The position numbers were made by a program, and so were the translations under genes. A stretch of DNA of 26,940 nt, from IMG/VR virus record IMGVR_UViG_3300030110_000658, positions 1-26,940 of that record; one strand, written 5' to 3'. Source of the DNA: a virus. Lineage: Duplodnaviria > Caudoviricetes. The notes under the pieces were generated by a model that worked only from the letters and a program-made list of their open reading frames with translations, did not search any database and was not told the origin of the DNA. Shown one piece after another: positions 1-6,700 of this stretch; position 1 is the first letter of the stretch, and the number at the start of each line of letters is the position of its first letter.

Positions 1-37
1 TTTCTTCGGCTTCCCATTGTAGTGTTAGTGAACTCAT
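1..37 (-). CDS. 5' fragment of a hypothetical gene running off the window (MSSLTLQWEAEE...)
   Basis: ATG at 37-35 directly follows the TAA of the previous gene (40-38); the frame is open to the window edge. Only 12 codons are visible. Confidence 0.5.
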   Translation of the reverse strand, partial: MSSLTLQWEAEE

Positions 38-880
38 TTAAAATAATCCAAATTTCTTTTCTTTTTTAGGTGGCTTGACTTTGACTATAGGTACTATATC
101 CTGACACAAAACTGACATGTCTGTATTAGGTCGTATCTGAAAGCCTTTCTTTTGTAAGTCAGCACACTTATGGGCTCTTGTAAGTTCATACTCAAGCCTT
201 AGTTTCTCTTCGTAGCGTTTAGCTATGTTCTTACATTGTGCGTATCCTTTCTTATCTAATGGAACCATAAAGTTAATCTGGAACCCCCAGTTTTCTGCTA
301 AGGTATAACTACTAGGCTGCATAAATTCATCGAGTGGCTTTGTATGGTTGCCCATATAAAAAGGCTGGAATGTCATTGTACTTCCATTACAGCTTATATT
401 TGGACCCATATACTGTCTACTCTGTGCTCCGTTGTTCTGGAACTGTACAGCTTGGTTAGTTACATTACCCGTAGCAGCAGCTACAGGATTACTCACATTG
501 TTATCGTCTCCTTCAGCAAGTACAGGTGTACCTATTGAGAGAAGATAGAGTAAGATGAAGTAGTACTGTCTGTTTCGATTTCTCTTTCGATTGAGATTGT
601 TTCGATTGTGCCTGCTTCTCTGGTTGTGATCTGTAGATCCCAGTCCGTTGCATCGGTTGTTGGTGCATAAGTTGCGTTGTCTGCTCCTATGCTGCCAGTC
701 ACAGTAATATTTGTACCACTCCAAGAAGAAGAAGCCGAGCCCATAATGTCGTGCTCGATTGTTTCTGTTATTGTTTGTTGTGTTGTTGTCGTTGACTGCA
801 TCGACCCTGTTGTAAAGGATGGCGTTACAGTGTTTGCTCTCGCTATTGTGGGTGACAACAATGCTAAGAGAAGAATCCAT
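38..880 (-). CDS. Membrane-anchored or secreted Cys-containing phage protein; start uncertain
   Basis: Hydrophobic segment YYFILLYLLSIGTPVLA, then NPVAAATGNVTNQAVQFQNNG...SCNGSTMTF...WGFQINFMVPL and a helical C-terminus with several Cys. It resembles genes I recall from marine cyanophages. There is no ATG, GTG or TTG near the hydrophobic segment; the nearest in-frame ATG is at 880 (the ORF track extends to 949). Confidence 0.7.
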   Translation of the reverse strand: MDSSLSIVVTHNSESKHCNAILYNRVDAVNDNNTTNNNRNNRARHYGLGFFFLEWYKYYCDWQHRSRQRNLCTNNRCNGLGSTDHNQRSRHNRNNLNRKRNRNRQYYFILLYLLSIGTPVLAEGDDNNVSNPVAAATGNVTNQAVQFQNNGAQSRQYMGPNISCNGSTMTFQPFYMGNHTKPLDEFMQPSSYTLAENWGFQINFMVPLDKKGYAQCKNIAKRYEEKLRLEYELTRAHKCADLQKKGFQIRPNTDMSVLCQDIVPIVKVKPPKKEKKFGLF

Positions 881-888
881 TTTTTCAT
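532..888 (-). CDS. Secreted Thr/Ser-rich acidic protein with signal peptide (118 aa)
   Basis: Classic Sec signal MKKWILLLALLSPTIARA; ATGA overlap with the stop of 885..1181; no Cys, so not a lipoprotein. Confidence 0.85.
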   Translation of the reverse strand: MKKWILLLALLSPTIARANTVTPSFTTGSMQSTTTTQQTITETIEHDIMGSASSSWSGTNITVTGSIGADNATYAPTTDATDWDLQITTREAGTIETISIEREIETDSTTSSYSIFSQ

Positions 889-1181
889 TGTTTTGGTTTA
901 GTAGGTTCTTTCTTATCTGTCTTCTTACCATTACCTGTAGACAGCCCAAATGTTGCTAGGGCTCCCGTAAAAATCGAAGCGACGAACGTGATGTCGCCTG
1001 CGGTACTTGACTTTTTAATCATAGGCAGCTCAACATAACTTAGTGTAATAATAAACCCTGACCAGATTACAACACCTAGACGCACTGCTGCACCTAGTAC
1101 TTGCATCTGTTCATCATGGTCATCTACATTTTCTTTGAGCTTTGTAAGGAGTCCTTTTTTTTCTGGCGGTTTTCCTTCCAT
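885..1181 (-). CDS. Small protein with two transmembrane helices (holin-like topology)
   Basis: Two hydrophobic segments (VLGAAVRLGVVIWSGFIITLSYV; ITFVASIFTGALATFGL) and a Lys-rich C-terminus; located after the fibre genes. Holin function is an inference. Confidence 0.75.
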   Translation of the reverse strand: MEGKPPEKKGLLTKLKENVDDHDEQMQVLGAAVRLGVVIWSGFIITLSYVELPMIKKSSTAGDITFVASIFTGALATFGLSTGNGKKTDKKEPTKPKQ

Positions 1182-1519
1182 TTGTTTATCTTACCTTGTA
1201 GGAACTTCTGTAATTTCTTTTTAATACTTTCTATAATCGGCTGAGTAAGAGTTGTAGCAGCTACCGCTGTAACAGCCGCTGCTGCCGCTGTAACAAGTAC
1301 TTCAGTCGAAGGTATAGGAATAGGTGGTAAGGGTGGTAAGTTTAACCTAGGAGCCGGAGGAACCTCTTTAGTTTCTACAGGTTTAGCACCTTCTGGATCT
1401 CGTAGATCGCTAGGAGGTACAACCATAGGAATATAGTAAGGTACGTCAGCTCTCGGTAACGGTATCTCCACCGTATCTATCTGTTGGGCAGGCGGTAAAC
1501 TTATGGTGGGTATTTCCAC
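1124..1519 (-). CDS. Proline-rich protein with one hydrophobic helix and a basic C-terminus (131 aa)
   Basis: GTG start shares a base with the upstream TAG; Pro-rich N-terminal half; hydrophobic VLVTAAAAAVTAVAATTLT; Lys-rich tail; 58-nt overlap with the next gene. Confidence 0.8.
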   Translation of the reverse strand: MEIPTISLPPAQQIDTVEIPLPRADVPYYIPMVVPPSDLRDPEGAKPVETKEVPPAPRLNLPPLPPIPIPSTEVLVTAAAAAVTAVAATTLTQPIIESIKKKLQKFLQGKINKWKENRQKKKDSLQSSKKM

Positions 1520-1806
1520 TATGGTTTAGGATACTTGTCCTTGATAGCTTTTATATCTGCCTTCCAAGCATCAATGCCTTTCCAATAGATTGCGTCAAGC
1601 TGATCTTCCCAAGATGGGTATTCAGCTGCTCTGCTTCTTTGATAAGCTTTAGCAGCATACGCATCGTCTATTACTTTGCGAGCTGCTGTTATTTTTTCGG
1701 AACTAAGTGATACTTGTTTTCCGTCTTTGTCAAATGCACCAGTAGAGTCGTCTATTGTTACGACTTCGCTGTATACACTGCGTATTGCTTCGTGATCTAA
1801 TGCCAT
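1519..1806 (-). CDS. Tail-fibre-associated small protein, family B copy 2 (possible assembly chaperone), 95 aa
   Basis: Start moved from 1842 to 1806 because MALDHEAIR matches the start of its paralog 2803..3120; both share Y.S..DQLD and the ending KYPKP. Confidence 0.85.
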   Translation of the reverse strand: MALDHEAIRSVYSEVVTIDDSTGAFDKDGKQVSLSSEKITAARKVIDDAYAAKAYQRSRAAEYPSWEDQLDAIYWKGIDAWKADIKAIKDKYPKP

Positions 1807-1809
1807 AAT
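1779..1809. repeat. 31-bp near-identical repeat (29/31) at the start of both family B genes; other copy at 3093-3123
   Basis: TGCGTAT[T/C]GCTTCGTGATCTAA[T/G]GCCATAAT at both positions. Confidence 0.85.
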
Positions 1810-1811
1810 AA

Positions 1812-2306
1812 TTATGTTGAAATTTCTAAAAGGGTTAAACAACCCGGAGAACTTTGTCTGTTAACTGTGACAGAAGGGCTATTTCCACTATGAGTATTAG
1901 CCATTTGTATTTTATAAGTAGTTGCAGAAGTAGTTGCAGGGCTATCTAAAAAATTAATACTGTGAATATACCTAAAAATTATTCTACTTTGGCTAGTTGT
2001 GTCAGCTTCAGCGTGTAACTCTTGATCTCTTTTAGAGATAATAGTGCTTCCTCTCATTAACTGTATTGCAGCTCCAGTTTCACTAGCACTTCTAAATAGT
2101 TGAACTTGAAAACTTGCTAACACAAGTATCTTACTAGAGTTACTTTGCGGTGTAATAGTTGCAGTTATACCTGTGTCTACATAGCTAGTACCAGTAGTGC
2201 TTGTTTCAGAAGTTGTAGATGTAAAAATAGATTGTATTATTCCACCATTAGCACCACTTGGCAGTCCACCGACTGGTACTATTGAATTTACTTTTATTTG
2301 GCTCAT
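1812..2306 (-). CDS. Tail-fibre-associated beta-rich protein, family A copy 3
   Basis: MSQIKVNSI N-terminus; TGITATITPQSNSSKILV, DSPATTSATTYKIQ and TLLEIS motifs shared with paralogs; GGAGG SD and ATGA coupling. Confidence 0.85.
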   Translation of the reverse strand: MSQIKVNSIVPVGGLPSGANGGIIQSIFTSTTSETSTTGTSYVDTGITATITPQSNSSKILVLASFQVQLFRSASETGAAIQLMRGSTIISKRDQELHAEADTTSQSRIIFRYIHSINFLDSPATTSATTYKIQMANTHSGNSPSVTVNRQSSPGCLTLLEIST

Positions 2307-2320
2307 GCTGACACCTCCAT
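2303..2320. repeat. 18-bp exact direct repeat TCATGCTGACACCTCCAT, copy 1 (copy 2 at 3155-3172)
   Basis: Read directly from the sequence. On the minus strand it encodes MEVSA-stop and contains GGAGG plus an ATGA overlap. Confidence 0.9.
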
Positions 2321-2806
2321 CAAAATAATTCTGCTATGAGTTCCGTCACTGTTAGCTCTAGCAGCAGTACCAGAACCTCCTAAACTTCTTTTTATTTGAG
2401 TTTTATATGTATGTGTACCAGCACCGGGAGAATCTTCGTGAACAATAGATGCAATGCAACTAGAAGCAACAAAATATGAACCCGAACCGGGTCCACTTGT
2501 TACACAAGCTCTTTCACCTGTGTAAAGAGTGGTAGAACTTCCAGATGTTGTTCTTACAAGTATTAAACCACAACCGGCAAAACCAGTAGCATTATATTGC
2601 CTTGCTTCTAATGATTGAGCTACAAATATTAAAACTTTATTTGTACCAGTTGTAGTAATATTAGCTGTAAGTCCAGTGTCAACATAACTAGAACTAGTAG
2701 TTTCTACCTGACCAGACTTAACCGCACTGACGTTTTGTAAAATTGTACCAAATGGAAAAGCTGAACCATCTGTTTCAGTTATAGCATTAACTTTTAATGT
2801 ACTCAT
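2303..2806 (-). CDS. Tail-fibre-associated beta-rich protein, family A copy 2
   Basis: MSTLKVNAI N-terminus; TGLTANIT, DSPGAGTHTYKTQ and ILMEVSA motifs; ATGA coupling with the upstream gene. Confidence 0.85.
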   Translation of the reverse strand: MSTLKVNAITETDGSAFPFGTILQNVSAVKSGQVETTSSSYVDTGLTANITTTGTNKVLIFVAQSLEARQYNATGFAGCGLILVRTTSGSSTTLYTGERACVTSGPGSGSYFVASSCIASIVHEDSPGAGTHTYKTQIKRSLGGSGTAARANSDGTHSRIILMEVSA

Positions 2807-3120
2807 GGCTTAGGATATTTAGCTTTAACAGCAGCAACGTGATCTTTCCATGTAGTCGTGCCATTAACAGTATCTTTGTACTGCATATCTAACTGATCGC
2901 CAACAGAAGCATAAATTGTGTCTGTAGTACCAGCAGCACCAGTTCTTTGAGATTGATAAAGAATTGCAGCAGCTTCATTATTTAAAGTAACTCTCGCAGC
3001 ATCTATATCAGATTGCGTTAAAGAGATTGCGTTACCGCTTGCATCAAAAGCACCAGCACCATCATCAATCGTAACAGCGTTTGGATAGGCTTTGCGTATC
3101 GCTTCGTGATCTAAGGCCAT
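2803..3120 (-). CDS. Tail-fibre-associated small protein, family B copy 1 (possible assembly chaperone)
   Basis: MALDHEAIR...YASVGDQLDMQY...WKDHVAAVKAKYPKP; paralog of 1519..1806. Confidence 0.85.
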   Translation of the reverse strand: MALDHEAIRKAYPNAVTIDDGAGAFDASGNAISLTQSDIDAARVTLNNEAAAILYQSQRTGAAGTTDTIYASVGDQLDMQYKDTVNGTTTWKDHVAAVKAKYPKP

Positions 3121-3137
3121 AATCAGGTTTTAATTAG

Positions 3138-3145
3138 ATTATACA
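3138..3145 (-). promoter_or_regulatory. Possible -10 box (TG-TATAAT) upstream of gene 2803..3120
   Basis: Perfect TATAAT in a 34-nt intergenic gap, 17 nt before the ATG. No clear -35, and the AT-rich context weakens the call. Confidence 0.35.
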
Positions 3146-3154
3146 TGGAAGTAA

Positions 3155-3172
3155 TCATGCTGACACCTCCAT
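3155..3172. repeat. 18-bp exact direct repeat TCATGCTGACACCTCCAT, copy 2
   Basis: Identical to 2303-2320; the copies are 852 bp apart. Confidence 0.9.
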
Positions 3173-3697
3173 TACTGTAATTCCTGAGGTATCAATACAT
3201 TGACCTCCGCCACCTGTACCATGAGTTTCTCTGTTGATATATATTGTGTTATTTGTTGATTCATCTATGTGTTGTATTTTATAAGTTATTTGATTTGTTG
3301 AACCAGCCGTATCTAAAAAAGAACCAGTAAGGAGATCAGGATAACCTTGGTTAGCACCTGAGCCAGTAACAGGAAATGTAGCTCTTGTTGAACTGCCTGT
3401 AGCACTACCTCTAAATGGATAAGTTGTAGTTCCACTATCAACTTTTGCAAGTAAAAGAGCATGACCACCCCAATGCGTACTTGCTGTTGTAGCTACATGA
3501 ACATGAATAAGAAGTTTGCTAGTAGAAGATGTAGGTGTAATATTTACAGTTAATCCTGTTACATCTTGAGCAGTACTTGTTGAGGTTGCAGAAAAAGCAT
3601 CAGTTTTACTTACTGATACCACTTGTATAATTCCACCACCACCGCCTGTCGGTACACCTGCTACTGGAATTATGCTGTTGACTTTAAGTTGACTCAT
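3155..3697 (-). CDS. Tail-fibre-associated beta-rich protein, family A copy 1
   Basis: MSQLKVNSI N-terminus; TGLTVNITPTSSTSKLLI, TYKIQ and ITVMEVSA motifs; starts 3 nt after the fibre stop. Confidence 0.85.
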   Translation of the reverse strand: MSQLKVNSIIPVAGVPTGGGGGIIQVVSVSKTDAFSATSTSTAQDVTGLTVNITPTSSTSKLLIHVHVATTASTHWGGHALLLAKVDSGTTTYPFRGSATGSSTRATFPVTGSGANQGYPDLLTGSFLDTAGSTNQITYKIQHIDESTNNTIYINRETHGTGGGGQCIDTSGITVMEVSA

Positions 3698-3700
3698 GGT

Positions 3701-6700
3701 TTATACGATTGTAAGAGTTTCATTTGCACCCACTGTAACAGTGTTTCCGCTTGCAATAGTTATAGGCCCTGCTGCCATTGCGTTGCGACCATTGGTAATT
3801 GTGTAATCGGCTGAAACTGTTGTATTGTTTTCGTAGAATACACCACCTTGAGTTACTGCACTAGCAGAGATTTCATAACTTATACCGGGAACTCTAAATT
3901 TAGTATGACTGCTGTTACCAAGAGTAATTTCATTATCAACACCCACTGCACTTGCTAATGCCGCATAACCAATAATTATATTGTTATCGCCAGTAGTTAA
4001 CGCTCCAGTTCCATCAGTTCCATAACCAGCTAGTGCACCTAGAAAACAGTTTTCATCTCCTGTAGTAACGTTATAGCCTGACATCCTTCCAAAGGCTGCG
4101 TTATGGTTACCAGTTGTATCGGAATATAATGACGCTCTTCCTACAGCAGTGTTGCCTTGATAAGGGTTTGAAGTCTGATCATTATAACTATATAAAGCTC
4201 CCTGACCTATAGCAACTGTTTGTCTTGCGTGACTATCAGTTTGTAAAGCTTCCTGACCTATAGCTACGTTAGTATTACCTTCTGCTGCTCTACCAGCACG
4301 GTATCCTATAAAAACACTTGTTTGGTTTCCTCCAGAATTTTGTCCAGCTTCAATTCCAATATAAACGTTATTAAGGACGCTAGAAGTTGCATTTTGACCA
4401 GCAAGGTTTCCGATATAAACTTGGTTTCCACCATCAGTACTAGCATCAGTTAAATCATTTAATGATGATGCACCAGCAGCAGCTGCAAATCCAGCTTCAC
4501 CGTTGGAATCAACTGTTAGTACATGACCAGTAGTTGGTGTACCGCCATTGTCTTTAAGGGTTACGTTAATACCGGGGATTTTAACTTTGGTTATACTAGT
4601 ATTACCAAGGCATATTTGGTTACTGCTATCAGCAGTTGCAATATATCCAATAGAAATTGCATTTGTTAAACCACCTGTATTACCAGCTTCTCTACCTATA
4701 GCAACACATTGAGCTCCACCATTTTTTAAAGCTCTAAAACCAAGAGCAACTGCGTCTGCACCACCAGTGGCATCACGCATAGCTCCCATACCCAAAGCAG
4801 TGTTACCACTACCGCCTTGTGATTGTCCAGCTTTATAACCTACAAAAGTATTATATTCTCCACCAGAGTTTTCTCCACAGAGTGATCCTACATAAACATT
4901 TAATTCTCCACCTTGTTGACTTTTACCAGCTCTATATCCAACCGCAACGTTGTCATAGCCATTAGTAAGATTTGTTAATGACTCTCTTCCTATAGCTACG
5001 TTGTTATCTCCAGTTCCAGCGTCACATGCTTGATAACCAATAGCTATTGTATTGTTTCCAGTACAAGCATAACCAGCTTGATGTCCAACAGCAGTATTAT
5101 TAGCACCTGTGCTAGCACCTAAAGCTGATTGACCTACAGCAACACTATTACTTGCGGTAGTATTAGCGTCTAAAGCATAATTACCTACGGCTACGTTACC
5201 TTCACCAGATGTATTAGCTTTTAACGCTTCAACACCGATAGCAACTATATTTGATTCTGTATGATTTTCACCAGCTTTATAACCTATTAGAACGTTATAA
5301 CTACCTGATGCACAACTTTCTAAAGATTCTGAACCGATCGCAGTATTATAATCTCCGCTTGTTAGAGCTGTACCAGTATTGTATCCATACAATGTATTAT
5401 GATTTGCACTTGTACCACTAAAACTGTCTCCAGCATTAGTACCAGCTACAGTGTTATTTTGAGAATCACTTGTTACACCAGTAGCTATACCTGTTAAGTT
5501 GGAACCGTCTCCACTAAAAGCATTGGCTGTAACAGTGCCAGAAAAATTACCAGCAGCACCCCAAACAGTATGCCATCTATAACCGTTATAACCTAAATGT
5601 ACAGTACCATTATTGTAAGGTAATAAATTTGCATCGCCATCTATTTCTAAATACTTAGAATTTAATCTTTCAAATTTAATTACACCATTACCAGTATGTT
5701 TTATACCTAATTGACCAGTAGTGCTGTTTATTTCAGTATTTGTGCCATTATGAAATATCTCTAAATCATTACCAGTTCCAAATCTAGCTTTTACGCTATC
5801 GTTAAAATCAACTCCAGTAGATCCTCCTACACCAGCAGGGACAGTTGCCCATGTAAGACCACCTGTATTACCAGACTGTGCTGATAAGAAGTAGCCATTA
5901 GTAGGTGAGTTAGATACCTTTAAGTTTGCTTCGTCTACTACGTTGTCCGCAATAGTTAAAGCACCACTACCTGTAACTTCTCCTGAGTGAGTAGCGTTGG
6001 TTGTAATACCACTAACTGTTGAGTTAAGTGCAGCAATGTCTACACCATCAACTGTTCCTGTAACTGTTATGTTTCCTGTTACATCAAGACCACTATTACA
6101 ATCTACATTTGTATTAAAATCAAAAGTACCATCTGATGCAAGAGAAAGTCTGACAGCACTATTACTTTCATCTTGTATTGCAAAGTTACCACTATTAACA
6201 ACTATAGAATAATCTGAGTCTTCGTTTGTATCAGTAAATATTAATTTAGGTGCAGTATTACTTATCGTCTGCGTTCCTGTAAACGTGTTACTAGTTAAAG
6301 CAGCCAAGTTACTAGTATTAGTTACACCCTGTACCCAACCTGATCCAGTATGTATTCTTAACTCATTATGTGTCGTGTTAAAGTATAAATCTCCAGCAGC
6401 TAGTGTATTACCTCCACCATCTGTTGATGGGTTAGAAGACGCTATTTGATATTGGTCTGCAAAATTATTAACGTCACTAATATTACCTGCAACTGTATTA
6501 ACGTTACTTATAGAACCAGCAACTGTTGTGATGTTACTGTTAGCTCCAGCTACTGTTGTGATGTTGGAGTTAGCTCCGGCAACTGTAGTTATATTACTGT
6601 TGTTACCAGCTACCGTGTTTATATTACTTGCGTTAGATACAGCAGCATTAATGTTACTTGCATTAGATACTGCACTATTTATATTGCTTGAGTTGTTTGC

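Noticed and set aside
1807-1842. Longer start (1842) for the family B2 gene
   Set aside because: Paralog alignment places the start at 1806, and the extension overlaps the upstream gene.
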